The translations under genes and the position numbers were made by a program. The notes under the pieces are model-generated. The model worked only from the letters and a program-made list of their open reading frames with translations, was not told the DNA's origin and did no database searches. This document shows positions 36,720-49,847 of a stretch of DNA of 64,000 nucleotides, piece after piece. This DNA is from Carcharhinus longimanus (Eukaryota): the NCBI GenBank assembly GCA_030264375.1, contig JASCQW010000061.1, positions 113,254,610 through 113,318,609 on the forward strand, read 5' to 3'. Each line of letters begins with the position of its first letter. Positions within the stretch are counted from its first letter, which is position 1.

Positions 36720-39520
36720 ATCCTATGACTTATGAAGAGCAATAGGCCACTCATCCCCTCAATCCTATTCGGTCATCTAATTTAATAAAGGCTGATGCAT
36801 ACCGTAATTCCATGTAACTTCCTTGGTTCCATAACCCTTAGTATCCCTGCCAAACAAAATGTATCTCAATTTTGAGATTTTCAATTAAGTTAGCCTCAAT
36901 AATTTTTAGGGTAGAGAGTTCCACATTTCCACTTTTTGCATTAAGAAGTGATTCCTGACATCATTTCTCACCCCCCCCGCCTCCACTCCTCCCTCTTCTC
37001 CTCCTCCACCACCACCACACGCATGCACCCCGAGTTAATTGGCACTAATTTAATGATATGCTCTTTCACCAGAGGAAATAGTTTCTCTCTAGCTAGTTCA
37101 TCAAAACATTTAACCATGAGCTAATTTCATTGAAGTTAACTTTTAATTGCTATATTGAAAAGGAAGCTAAAGGATTGCATTTTAAACCTATGCAATCTGT
37201 CATTCCTTTGATTCATTTAGCCCTTGTGCAACTGTGGTGCAGCTCATCCAGGGTCAGCATAACTTTACTGAGATGCAGTACGCAATACAATTAGAGTATA
37301 ACTTCCACTTCTTGTATCCCAGACCTTTTGAGATTTTAAAATAACACATTCTATTAGTCTTTTTAATTTTTGGATCTGTCCATTAGCTTTTAGTTAATAC
37401 TATATTTTGATTGCTAAATCTGATTTGATTTATTATTGTCACATGTATTAGCACATAGTGAAAAGTATTATTTCGTGCCATTTTACAGAGAAAGCATACT
37501 GTTCATTGAGAAGGAAACGAGAGTGAGTGTTGAATGTAGTGTTACAGTCACAACTAGGGTGCAGAGAAAGATCAACTTAATGCGAGATAGGTCCGTTCAA
37601 AAGTCTGACAGCAGCAGGGAAGAAGCTGTTCTTAAGTCAGTTAGTACATGATCTGAGAATTCTGTATCTTTTTCCCAACAGAAGAAGGTGAAAAAGAGTA
37701 TGTCCAGTGTGTATGGAGTCCTTTAATTATATTGGCTGCTTTGCCAAGGCAGCGGGAAGTGTAGATGAAGTCAGTGGATGGGAGGCTGATTTGTGTGATG
37801 GATTGGACTATATTCACGATCTTTGTAGTTTCTTGCTGTTTTGGGCAGAGCAGGAGCCATACCAAGCTGTGATAGAACCAGAAAGAATGCTTTCTATGGT
37901 GCATCTGTAAAAGTTGGTGAGACTCCAAGCAGACATGCCAAATTTCCTTAGTTTTCTGAGAAATTTCTTGCTTGACAGATCACAATTTAAAAAATATCCT
38001 GATCTGTCTTTATAGGGTTCCAGGTGGATGACTTTGCATGTTCCTGCATTCGATCTGCCACATTTTTCCCAGTCACATAGCCTTTCAGTGCTCCTTTGCA
38101 GCTTTCTGCTCTTGCTCATCGTATTTACTGTGCTGGAAAATCTCAGCAGATCTGGCATAGGGAGAAAAAACAGAGTTAATGTTTTGAGTCCGTTTGGCAC
38201 TTCATCAAAACTAAAGAGAGGGAGAAAGGCCATTTTTCCCAAAACCAACAAAACAATATTCTGTTGAAACAAACGTGGGAATAGCAGTTTTCCATTGAGG
38301 CCTCCACCTTGTTCTGGCACTTGGTGAAAGCATAGCTAACTGTAGATTAGCTCCCTTCCACCTGCCTTGGTTTCATGTTCATTTATCCCCATTTCAACAA
38401 AAGTCTGTTGATCTCTAATTTGAAATTATTATTGGGCTTCACACTTATTCAAGCAAAGGGTGTTAGAAGTATTTTCTAATTTCTTTCCTGAATGGCCTGG
38501 CTCAGATTTTAAGATTAGGTTCTTCTGTTCTAAAATTCCACACAAGCGGAAAATGCTTCCATCAATCTTTAGCTCCCCTTAACTTATTATTTTCTGGGGA
38601 ATACTGCGCTCCTTTATGCAATCTATCTTCATAATCTGTGCCTTGGAATACTGAGAACTTACTGGTGAATCTCTATTGCACCTCCATCAAAGCTAGTTTA
38701 TCCTTCCAAGGGTTTGTAAACAGTACCCTTGTGAGGTTGTAGCAAAAGCTTGTACCCTTTATATTCTAGCCCTCCAGTGTGAACATTCTTTTATCCCTTC
38801 ATTATTTTATGGACCTGATTTCATTTTAAAGATTTGTGTACATGGACTCGAAATCTTTTAGGAACTCTATTGATTTTAGCTTTTCAATCTTTTGAAAAAC
38901 ATTTGGATTTTCTTTCTCTACCTCCAGAATAGGTGTTCTCATAGTAAGGCTGGTTGAAATTGATCTGACATAAGTTCACCCACTGAATTTATCAATGTCA
39001 ATTTGTAATTATTAGTTCCCGTCTATACTGTGTACTATGCCATCAATTTTTGTAATTGTATTTGAATATGTTTCGAGAAGCAGCCAAGATCGTTGTTGAC
39101 GATNNNNNNNNNNNNNNNTAAGGCCTTAGCTCAGAACCTTGTTGAAGTTTATCATTTCCTTTCAATTTGAAAACACTCCATTCTCCCTACTCTGTCTTCT
39201 ACTGCCTAACTAATTTCTAACCAGGCCAATAGTTTGCCTTCAATTCCATGAGCTTTAATTTCAGCCAGAAGTATCTTATATAGAAAGTTACATAATGCCT
39301 TCTGGATGTTCACATAAACCCCATCAAGATATTTGCCATCTGCTGCTCAGTTACAGCTCCAAATAGTTGATTAAATTATGTTAGACATAAGCTTTCTTTA
39401 CCAATCCCTGTTGTTGTTCTTTTATCAACTCACCTCCTCTTAAGTGCTCAATTCCAGTGTCCTTAATCATAGATCCCAATAACTTTTCCACAAAATTTCC
39501 TTGTTTTTCTCTCTCACCTT
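36720..39520 (-). mobile_element. Old CR1 remnants with nested Rex1 and Penelope pieces
   Basis: Reverse CR1 tail at 36725 and KLQRSTERLCDWEKC...CKVIHL in ORF 37814-38320(-). Confidence 0.55.
37420..37965 (-). mobile_element. Rex1/Babar-type LINE 3' fragment
   Basis: FLRKLRKFGMSAWSLTNFYRCTIESILSGSITAWYGSCSAQ. Reverse-complement homolog of about 22020-22541, with tgatttgatttatt tail. Confidence 0.88.
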
Positions 39521-40370
39521 GCTTAAACGGCAGTTTTTAACCTTGGATTTGACAATAAGTTTCATTACCGTACAATGTATTGCTCCACAGATTGCTTGCT
39601 TTTAGAGTTGCATTTAAGCTACATCAGCTATTAAAATATCCTTTGGTAGTAGAAGTATTTTTTGGGAAAGATGGAACTGAAATCGTTGAAACAATACAAA
39701 TTGAAAAGCAACACTTGAACAGGAATATCTCTGAAAAGCAAGATTTATTTTAATGATACAGTCTTTTCTTAGCCAAGAGGGTACAAAGCCCAGTTTTGTC
39801 TTAGCCCTGAATGTGGCTGGCAAAGCTACATTAATTGTCCGTTCCAAGTTGCCCTGAAAGGACACAATGGTGCGAGGGCCTTCTCCCTGAATAGCTACCG
39901 AACTTGAAATGTGGTATGGGAGGAAAGTCTGAGTTTTTGAAAATGATGCAACAGTTGTGTTTGTGTAAGTCAGGGTGATATATGACTTGGAAAGGAACAC
40001 GAAGATTGTGGTTTTCCAATGACTTTGTTGCTTAGGTCCTTTCATAGCACTTCACCACCGTCTTGGCTGAGATTATTTGACTCAGTGCACTCTGGGCCCT
40101 TTGGTGTAGTTATTCTTTCCACCTTGTTATGCAGTATAGATTATTAATTTTGTTTTCAAATGAGAAGATGGCTATTCCCTTGTGATGCAACTATTTAGTT
40201 GAGATAATTCCATTATATTCTATTTCTATTTGATGTCTACCCTTGTTAATTTTATTGTCTTTCAACTTTATGATGTTGACTTTTTTAAGAACTTTAGAAC
40301 CAATATTGCATTTGAATTTTATTTATTAACACCTAAATTTTGAATCTTTCCTTTTCCTTGTTTGTTTCAG

Positions 40371-40535
40371 GCCCAAGTGCTAAGTCTGCAGCTACCCCTG
40401 GTGGTTTGCAGCGTTCCAGAAGTGACATAGATGTGAATGCTGCAGCATCTGCAAAATCACGGCATATCGCAGGGCACACAGCAGCAAGCCGTTTAACTGC
40501 ATCTAACATCCCTTCAGGAGCCAGTGCTTCACTTG
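40371..40535 (+). CDS. CLASP2: CLASP2 coding exon I (S/R-rich linker), 165 nt, phase 1/1
   Basis: Boundaries tgtttcag|GC CCA...CTTG|gtaaga. Translates PSAKSAATPGGLQRSRSDIDVNAAASAKSRHIAGHTAASRLTASNIPSGASASL, with the CLASP motif LQRSRSDIDVNAAA. Confidence 0.96.
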
Positions 40536-41162
40536 GTAAGATTGATTAGTACAATAGGTCCTCCTTATCCCCTCCATCTCTGCTCCTCATAATTTAATGC
40601 ACCACAACTATATCTTCTGATAGGCTTTTCTTTTCCAATTAAAATAACCCCCAACAGATCTAATCACAGCTAAAATTCTCCATCCCTGGCAACATGCTTA
40701 GAAATCTTGTTCTGTACAATGTGATCACACCCTTCCTGTAGTGCAGTGACCAGAATTGAACCAGTATTGGAGCTGTTGACAGACTGATAGCTTATACAAT
40801 TTTGGCATAAGCTTCCTGTTCTTCTATGCTGTGGCAAATAAAGAAAAGTATCCCGTGTACTTTCTTGGCACCTTAACACCCCTCAGGGCAAAGGGCTATG
40901 TGAGTACTTGTGTTCCTCCAAACTTTAATATTTATTTTGTATTCCCTTGCCTTATGTGTGCTCTCTGGATTGAATTCCATTTTCCACTTTTCTGCCTACC
41001 TGACTAGTCCATTGATGTGTCCCTGCAATCTCTCTCACTGTCAGCCACACAGCCAATTATTGTATCAATTGCAGACTTAAAACAAGAAAGAACATGGTGC
41101 TGAACTTTGCAGAACCTCACTGGATGCAGACTTCCAATAACAAAAACACCCAAACATTATAA

Positions 41163-42382
41163 GCCGCAGGGATTGGTGCTGGGGCCTCAACTGTTTACCA
41201 TATACATAGACAATCTGGAGGAGGGGACCGAGTGTAGGGTAACATAGTTTGCTGATAACACAAAGATGAGTGGGAAAGCGAATTGCGTGGAGGACGCGGA
41301 AAGTCTGCAGAGAGATTTGGATAGGCTCAGTGAGTGGGCGAGGATCTGGCAGATGGAGTATAACGTTGGCAAGTGTGAGGTTATCCGCTTTGGAAGGAAT
41401 AATAGTAAAATGGACTATTATTTAAATGGTGAAAAATTACAACATGCTACTGTGCAGAGGGACCNNNNNNNNNNNNNNNNNNNNNNNNNNNNNNNNNNNN
41501 NNNNNNNNNNNNNNNNNNNNNNNNNNNNNNNNNNNNNNNNNNNNNNNNNNNNNNNNNNNNNNNNGGCAGATGGAGTTTAATTTAGATAAATGCGAGGTGA
41601 TGCATTTTGGTAAATTGAACCAGGGCAGGACTTACTCAGTTGAGATTAGGGCATTGGGGATAGTTACAGAACAAAGAGATCTGGGGTACAGGTTCATAGT
41701 TCCTTGAAAGTGGAGTCACAGGTAGATAGAATAGTGGAGAAGGCATTTGGCATGCTTGGTTTCATTGGTCAGAATATTGAATGCAGGAGTTGGTTCGTCT
41801 TGTTGAAGTTGTTCAAGACTTTGGTAAGACCACACTTTGGAATACTGCGTACGGTTCTGGTCACCCTATTTTAGAAAGGATATTATTAAACTAGAAGTAG
41901 TGCAGAAAAGATTTATTAGGCTGCCACTGGAACTTGATGGCTTGAGCTATAAAGAGAGGCTGGATAGACTGGGGCTTATTTCTCTGGAGCGTAGGAGGCT
42001 GAGGGGTGATTTTACAGAGGTCCATTAAAATAATGAAGGGCATAAATCAGATAGTCAATATCTTTCCCCAAAGGCAGAGGAATTTAAAACTAGAGGGCAT
42101 AAGTTTAAGGTGAAAGGGGAGAGATACAAAAGGGTTCATAGGGGCAATTTTTACACAGAGGGTGGTGAGTGTCTGAAACAAGCTGCCAGAAGTAGTAGTA
42201 GAGGCGGGTACAATTTTATCTTTCAAAAAGCATTTTAACAGTTACGTGGGCAAGATGGTACAGAGGGTTATGGGCCAAACGTGGGCATTTGGGACGAGTT
42301 TAAGGGTTAAAAAGAAAGACGGCATGGACAAGTTGAACTGAAGGGCCTGTTTCCATGCTGTAAGCCTCTATGATTCTATGAT
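41163..42382 (+). mobile_element. CR1 ORF2 3' region (two subfamily pieces either side of a gap)
   Basis: FADNTKMSG...LQRDLDRLSEWARIWQMEYNVGKCEV and EYCVRFWSPY...LERRRLRGD. Tail ctatgattctatga. Confidence 0.92.
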
Positions 42383-43724
42383 GCTGTCAATCAAATAAAA
42401 CTTTCCCTTAAAAATGTATGCTAAATGTCCTTGAATTAATCTGGGCCTCTCTAAATGATTATTTTAGCTGTTCTCCAGTCTTCCAGCACAATGGAACCTA
42501 GAGTGGATTGAAAAATAGTGGTCAGAGCCACTGCTATTTCTTGTTGCTTTTTCACACTCGACAATACATTTCATTTCAAGCCTGGTGAATTTACACTTTA
42601 CATTTTTTTTCCTCTATACTTATTCCAACCAATATTTCACACACTTCCTCCTTAACTACATCATCCCAATCTTCTGTGAAAACAAGCACACAATACTAAT
42701 TTAAGAACCTTGCCCTCATTTTGCAGCTTCAAATGTTTAATAATTTTGTTCTTTAATTGGCTCTGCACTTTGCTTCATTATCCTTTTGCAGCTTATGCAC
42801 TTAAAGAAACATCTTTGGCTTTCCTTTGATTCTATTTACCAGTATTTTCCTGAAGATTGGAGAGTGGCAAATATTGTGCCTTTGTTTTTGTAACTTTTTA
42901 AATTTCACCTTGCACTTTCTATATTCCTCCTCACATTTGGCAACATTGAGTTCTTGACATCTGCTATAAGCTTTATTTTTTTTGGCTCATTCTCCTCAGT
43001 TTGTTCTTTGACATCTGTGAGTGAGGTGCAGTGGAGGTTCTCAATTTGAAATTCACACCTTTTTCTGAGAGATTTTGTTTTGAACTCTCCTTGGCTCCTC
43101 CTTGAATGTCTCCCACTGTTCTAAGACTGAAATACTTAAAGGCAACTATTTTCAATTAACTTCTTTGAAATCACATCTCAGCTTGGTATAATTGGCCTTT
43201 CCCCAGTTTAAAAATATACCCATAGTAAGGATAAAGCTCAGGTTCCTCTACTGAATATAGTCACCCAAGACACAAGCATCATGGAGTTCCTGCATAATAC
43301 ATGATGTGCATTGCATGGGACTCCGATGTCATGCATCTACTTATTAGATGAATCATTGCCATGAAGCTGAAGAAGCTTGAAATTGTGCACTGTTACCGTT
43401 GACAAATATTGGATTTGTTGTTACATTCTTCTACAAACAGTGGTATGAAAATAATCCACATATTTAATTATGGGGAAATGGCTAAAAAAAATTACAAACG
43501 TACCTGGTATGTATTTTAGCCCGTTGATTATTTATAATTTTCCTTTTAATTGTAACATAGAACTTACAATGCAGTCTAATGTTATTACAGGATGTTTCAG
43601 GGTCTATTTTAGTTATGAAAATTTGAAATGTGAACGTTAGCCAACAGCACCACACATCCTCTTTTTTTTCCCCTTTGAATTTCTTTTTTTATATTCATGG
43701 GTGTGGGCATTGCCAGCATTTATT

Positions 43725-45160
43725 GAAAACTAGCTAATGTAACACTGCTGTTTAAGAAGGGTGGGAGACAGCAGATGGAAAATTATCGGCCAGTTAGCTT
43801 GATTTTGGTCATTGGCAAGATTTTAGAGTCCATTATTAAAGATGAGATTGAGAAGTATGTGCAAATGCATGATAAATTAGGACTGAGTCAGCACGGCTTC
43901 ATCAAGGGGATGTCATGTCTGACAAATCCATAAGTTCTTTGAGAAGATAACAGGGAAGTTAGATAAAGGAGAATCAGTGGATATGATTTATTTAGATTTC
44001 CAGAAGACCTTTGACAAGATGCCACATGGGAGACTGTTAAATAAGTTCAGAGCCCCTGGTGTTAAGGGTAAGATCCTGGCATGGATAGACGATTGCCTGA
44101 CTGGCAGAAGGCAGAGAGTGTGGATAAAGGAATCTTTTTCAGAATGACAGCCGATGACTTGTGGTGTACCTCAGGGGTCGGTGCTGGGACCACAACTTTT
44201 CACAATATTTGTTAATGATTTGGAAGAAGGAACTGAAGGCACTGTTGCTAAGTTTGCAGATGGTACAAAGATATGTAGAGGGACAGATAGTATTGAGGAA
44301 GGAGGTGGTGCTGCAGAAGGACTTGGACAGGTTAGGAAAGAAGGCAAAGAAGTGGCAGATGGAATACAATGTGGAAAAGTGTGAGGTTGTGCACTTTGGA
44401 AGGAGGAATTGAGGCACAGACTGTTTTCTAGATGGGGAATTGCTTAAGAAATCAGAAGTACAAAGAGACTTGGGAGTCCTTGTTCTAGATTCTCAAGTGC
44501 AGGTTCAGTCAGCAGTTAGGAAGGCAAGTGCAATGTTAGCATTCTTGTCAAGAAGGCTAGAATACAAGAGCAGGGATGTACTTGTGAAGCTGTATGAGGC
44601 TCTGGTCAGACTCTATTTGGAGTATTGTGAGCAGTTTTGGGCCCCATATCGAAAGAAGGATAGACTGGCCTTGGAAAGGGTACAGAGGAGATTCACAAGA
44701 ATGATCCCTGGAATAAAGAGCTTGTTCTATGAGGAATGGTTGAAGACTCTGGGTCTGTACTCGTTGGAGTTTAGAAAGCTGAGGGGGGATCTTATTGAAA
44801 CTTACAGGATGCTGCGATGCCTGGATAGAGTGGACTTGGAGAGGATGTTTCCACCAGTAGGAAAAACTAGAACCAGAGGGCACAACCTCAGACTTAAGAT
44901 ATGATCCTTTAAAACAGATGAGGAGGAATTTCTTCAGCCAGAGAGTGGTGAATCTGTGGAACTCTTTGCCCCAGGAGGCGAGGTCATTGAGTGTCTTTAA
45001 GACAGAGATAGATAGGTTCTTGATTCATAAGGGGATCAGGGATTATGGAGAAAAGGCAGGAGAATAGAGATGAGAAAAATATCAGTCATGATTGAATGGT
45101 AGGGCAGACTTGATGGGCCGAGTGGCCTAATTCTTCTCCTATGTCTTATGGTTTTATGGA
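43725..45160 (+). mobile_element. CR1 ORF2 RT and 3' end
   Basis: GVPQGSVLGPQLFTIFVNDL, KFADGTK, YLEYCEQFWAPY and TRGHNL. Tail ctatgtcttatggttttatgg. Confidence 0.93.
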
Positions 45161-46682
45161 ATAGCTGTCTCACTGGCTAATCAAGCAGCAGCTTGACATA
45201 TACCAAATTATATCTTGCAGTAGTTCCCTGGGTTCCATTGCCATTCTTGTCATGTCCCATTGGCAGGACAGACTCATCAGAGGGGGTGGTAGAGTGGCAG
45301 TAGTTGGGAGGGTGTGGTCCACAACATGTGGTGAGTCATGGAGGTTTACAGCCCTTCGGACCAATTTGTCCATGCCGCCCTTTTTTTTAAATCCCTTAAG
45401 CTAATCCTAATTGCCCGCATTTGGCCATATCTCTCTATACCCATCGTATCCATGTAACTATCTAAATGCTTTTTAAAAGACAAAATTGTACCCGCCTCTA
45501 CTACTACCTCTGGCNNNNNNNNNNNNNNNNNNNNNNNNNNNNNNNNNNNNNNNNNNNNNNNNNNNNNNNNNNNNNNNNNNNNNNNNNNNNNNNNNNNNNN
45601 NNNNNNNNNNNNNNNNNNNNNNNNNNNNNNNNNNNNNNNNNNNNNNNNNNNNNNNNNNNNNNNNNNNNNNNNNNNNNNNNNNNNNNNNNNNNNNNNNNNN
45701 NNNNNNNNNNNNNNNNNNNNNNNNNNNAGCTTTTGGGGTAACCCCGAAAGCTTGTGAGTTTACTATCAAATAATTTGGTTGGACTTAAACCTGGTGTTGT
45801 CAGACTTTTTACTAAGGGATGTGATCAGCTCCTGAAGCAAAGCTTCCAGGTAACTCTCTCCCCCCCTGATGTGTCACGATGATTCCAGCTCAATGATCCT
45901 GAGTTGAAACTCCTCAAACCACAGACACTTATTGCAGGTATGCTTGCCCTGGATAACCACTATCTGAGGTCCCACATCACCAGTCAACTGGTGGAAGGTA
46001 TTATTGATATTGCTGTCAGGAGTTGCTTATTCAGCAACAACATATTCACTGATGCACAATTTGAGTTCTGCCAGGGTCAATGCAGCCATTCTCAACTCGG
46101 ACAGAAGAGTTGAATTTCTGAGGTGAGGAACGAATGACTGCACTTGACATCAAACAACATTTGACTGAGTGTTGCAGGATTATGCTGCAGCAAGTATGAG
46201 GTCAGCGAGAATTGGGGAAAAGTCCGCACTGTTTAAAGTCAAATCTGGCATAAAGGAAGATGTTTTTGGTTATTGAAGGACAATCAACTCAGCTCCAAGA
46301 CATCGCTGAAGAAATTCTTCAGGGTGGTAGCTCAGGCCCATCTATCCTCAGCTGCTTCATCAATGACCTTTGCTCCAATATAAGGTCATAAATGAGACTG
46401 ATGACTGGACGATGTTTCAGTACAATTAACAGCTCTTCAAATACTGAAGCAGTCCATACCCTCTTGCAGCAAATGTTGGACAACATTCAGACTTGGGCTG
46501 ATAATTGGCACATAACATTTGTGCCATACTAGTGCCTGGCAATGACTTTCTCCAACCAGAGAGAATCTAACCATTCCTTTTAATCATTCAACACCAAATC
46601 CCTCACCATCAGCATCCTGGGGCACGTTATCATTGACCACAAACTTAACTGGGCCAAGAATGTAAATGTGGTGCTAATGGAG

Positions 46683-46765
46683 TATAATGACTTCATTCAG
46701 GCCATTGAGGTTTGTAAATAAAGGAATTTTGGTGAAGAGACTTCTGCCTCCAAAGACTTATTACA
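46683..46765 (+). repeat. 5' LTR, internally deleted (83 bp)
   Basis: tataatgacttcattcaggccattgagg...tgtaaataaagg...cttattaca matches both ends of 49614-49847. Confidence 0.85.
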
Positions 46766-49613
46766 GTGGTGTTGAAGGAACCTGTTTGCAATCAGCCAGT
46801 ACATGTTGGAGATGAACCATTGTCTGGCAAACATGGCTCTCTTCAGGTAATGGGACACTTTTGACCCTGCCATGGAAGACTGGGCTCAGTATATAGAATG
46901 GATGAGGTATTTCTTCAGAGCTAATGACATAGCTTCAGATGAAAAGCAATGGGTTATTTTGCTGACCGTTTGTGGACCAGCAGCTTTCGCTGTTACGAGG
47001 AGTTTTAACCTTTTTGGAGACACAGGGCACAAACCTTCCAGGAATTGACGGACTGAGTAAAAGCGTATTATGACTCTAAGCCACCTCTGATCCTGTGAAG
47101 GTACAGGTTTTACTTAGCGTTCTGAGAGACAGGGGAGTCGGTCACTAGTTTCCTGACAAAATTAAGACGATTAGCAGATATTTGTGAATTCAGATTGACA
47201 TTAAGTGAGACTCTCCGATTGGTGTGCGGAATCAACAGTATGACCCTACGAAATGCCTGTTGGTGGAGGCCGAGCTAAATTGCAAACAAGCATTACCGCT
47301 GGCTGCCTTCGGAAAAAGCGGCAAGTGGAGCACAAGTTACAGGGTATTTCGATGGAGGTAGACATTCACACCAGTGCAACTGAGTTAAGGGACCTCCAAT
47401 GTGGGGCAGGCACAGCCTTAGGAAGGCCGCCCTCAGGAAGAATTCGGATATAAGGGAACCCAGGTCTGCCTGCAGAGCCATTGCTGAACAAGGCCAATTT
47501 GGGACCAGACAGACAGCAGCCCCTGCAGAATCCCAACCAGCAAGATATTGCAACTGTTGCCAGTATCTGGAGTCGGAGAAGCAAAACAAATTTTCAAAAC
47601 TGACAGTTTGGAAAAGGACACGTAGGCCGGGGTACAGGAGAATGCACACCCTCGAAGCTCCACCTACCTCCGACGAGAAACAACTGCTTTGCATAGGAAT
47701 GACCAATTCCGAACGTATTAAATTATCCATAAGACTGAACAAGTGTCCAATAATAATGGAGTTCGACACAAGTGCAGCTGTATCCATAGTAGAAGAAACA
47801 GTGTTCAATAAAATTCGCACTGGACTCCAACCCCTATCCCTAGCCGAGACTTCGACAAGACTGAGGACTTAATTCCTCATTTAATTAATTAATTAATAGG
47901 GGAACCACAAAGTGGTGGGCATAACCCACGTGCCTGTTGCTTATGGAAAACAACTGGTTAGACTACCTTTAAAGGTAGTGGAAGGTTCGGGACCGAGCCT
48001 ATTGGGACGAAATTGGCTGAAGGAGACTCAACTGGACGGTAAACGTTTTTCAGTTGGAAAATGGTTGCCTGAGTGAAGTTCTGCTCAAATAGCCAGAGGT
48101 CTTTTGGGAAGCACTAGGAACAATTAAAGCAGTAAAAACGACACTACAGATTCATNNNNNGGCAGTCCCAAAATTTTGCAAGGCCCGGCTAGTACCTTTT
48201 TGCAGTAAGGGAAAAAATGGACACGGAAATCAAGAGATTGGAGCACAACGGCATAATAAAACGGGTTCAGTTTGCAGAATGGGTGGCATCTCTGCGGTGC
48301 TTATTCTAAAGCCGGACAGCTTGTTTTGCCTTTGTGGAGATTTGAAATAGACAGTAAACTGGTACGCTCAATCTGATAAATATCCAGTTCCCTGGACTGA
48401 AGATTTACATGCAAAGTCTGTAAACTGGACATGAGTCATGCATGAAGCTAGACAAAGATCCACAAAAATTTTCCACAATCAACACACTGACGGGCCTTTA
48501 TCAGTATAGAAGATTATCCTTTTGGGTAATACTAGATGCCCATTCAAAATGGTTGGATGTCTACAAAGTGAACTCAGCAAACACAGTGACAACCATTGAG
48601 AAGCCACGCGCCTCATTCTTGATCCACGGAATCTCAGACATACTAGTGTCGAACAACCAATCGGCTTTCATCAGCCAAGAATTCACCAGTTTTGCAAAAT
48701 CAACAGGATTCAACACATCAGGACGTTACTATATCATCTGGCATTACATGGGCTTGCGGAGAGAGCTGTCCAGACTGTAAAAGCCGGGCTGAAGAAGCAG
48801 CCAGAGACGTCAAGAGACACCAAACTTACCCCGCTGGTTGTTTGATTATCGGACAACACCACATGCCACGACGGGAATAGCACGGGCAGAACTACTCAAG
48901 GGCAGACGGCACCGCACCATGCTAAGCCTGCTACTCCTGAACTTTGGGGGAGGGTTGCAGAGAAGTGGATAAGCAGGCAAGGAGGCCTATTGCAAGGGCC
49001 ACGACAACGATCACCTAGGGAGGCATTTCGATGTGGTCTGGGTGAGGAACTTCACAAATGGTCCCGCATGGAAAGCAGGAATGGTTGAGCCCAGGATGGG
49101 ACTGGTATCCTACTGGGTACATGTGGGAGAGACCGTCTTAAGGAAGCACCTAGACCAGATGTAGGCCTCCAGTTTGTTGCCCATCCCAGAGCAGATTCCG
49201 ACCAGCGGGCCAAGGACCAAGGAGAGTCTTCCCTGACGGACTAGTCCCGTTCACCGGCACCTTGGAGAGACCCTGTAAGTCTGAAATGGACGCAGTGGAC
49301 GAAGCCACGGCTGTCTCCTTATCACTGGAGGATGAAAGCGAACTGGCCCCTGGCATTCACGATGGAAGAAGCGGGCGTCTAGCAGATACACCCTTCCCTC
49401 ATCGAATACTGAATTAGAGGGTCTGGACCTAGCACAAGACCGAAGAAAGAGAAGCCAGATCATGGGGATTCCCCGGACGTTGGGTGGGAGGANNNNNNNN
49501 NNNNNNNNNNNNNNNNNNNNNNNNNNNNNNNNNNNNNNNNNNNNNNNNNNNNNNNNNNNNNNNNNNNNNNNNNNNNNNNNNNNNNNNNNNNNGGCAGTTG
49601 ATGTTAAGATTGG

Positions 49614-49847
49614 TGTAATGACTTCAATCAGGCCATTGAGGTTGGCCTATTGCAATATGAACTCCCTGACTAAGGAGTCAATTGATGGGCCAATCAGGGA
49701 GTCTTTTCCTTGTATTTATACAGGAGTGTCTGTTCCTTTGGGACTCGCAAAGGTAGATTGCTGACTGATAGCACTCTGTGTACTGCTGTGAGAGTTGTAA
49801 ATAAAGGGATTTTGTTGAAGGGACTACTGCCTCGAAGACTCATTACA
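49614..49847 (+). repeat. Full-length LTR (234 bp)
   Basis: TG...CA ends with a perfect 8-bp terminal inverted repeat TGTAATGA/TCATTACA. Contains CCAAT, TATA-like tatttata and AATAAA. Confidence 0.9.

Larger units (their letters stand above)
46683..49847 (+). mobile_element. Gypsy/Ty3 LTR retrotransposon, defective
   Basis: LTR at both ends and a TGG-starting PBS-like site after 46765. Gag from 46833 (FDPAMEDWAQYIEWMRYFFRANDI), protease MEFDTSAAVSIV, RT N-terminus (PKFCKAR; TINTLTGLYQYRRL) and integrase (ILDAHSKWLDV; GLAERAVQTVK). Confidence 0.9.

Noticed and set aside
47868-47897. AT-rich palindromic run ttaattaattaattaat inside Gypsy pol
   Set aside because: A small slippage-type insertion disrupting the LRTYTGE motif, with no sign of function.
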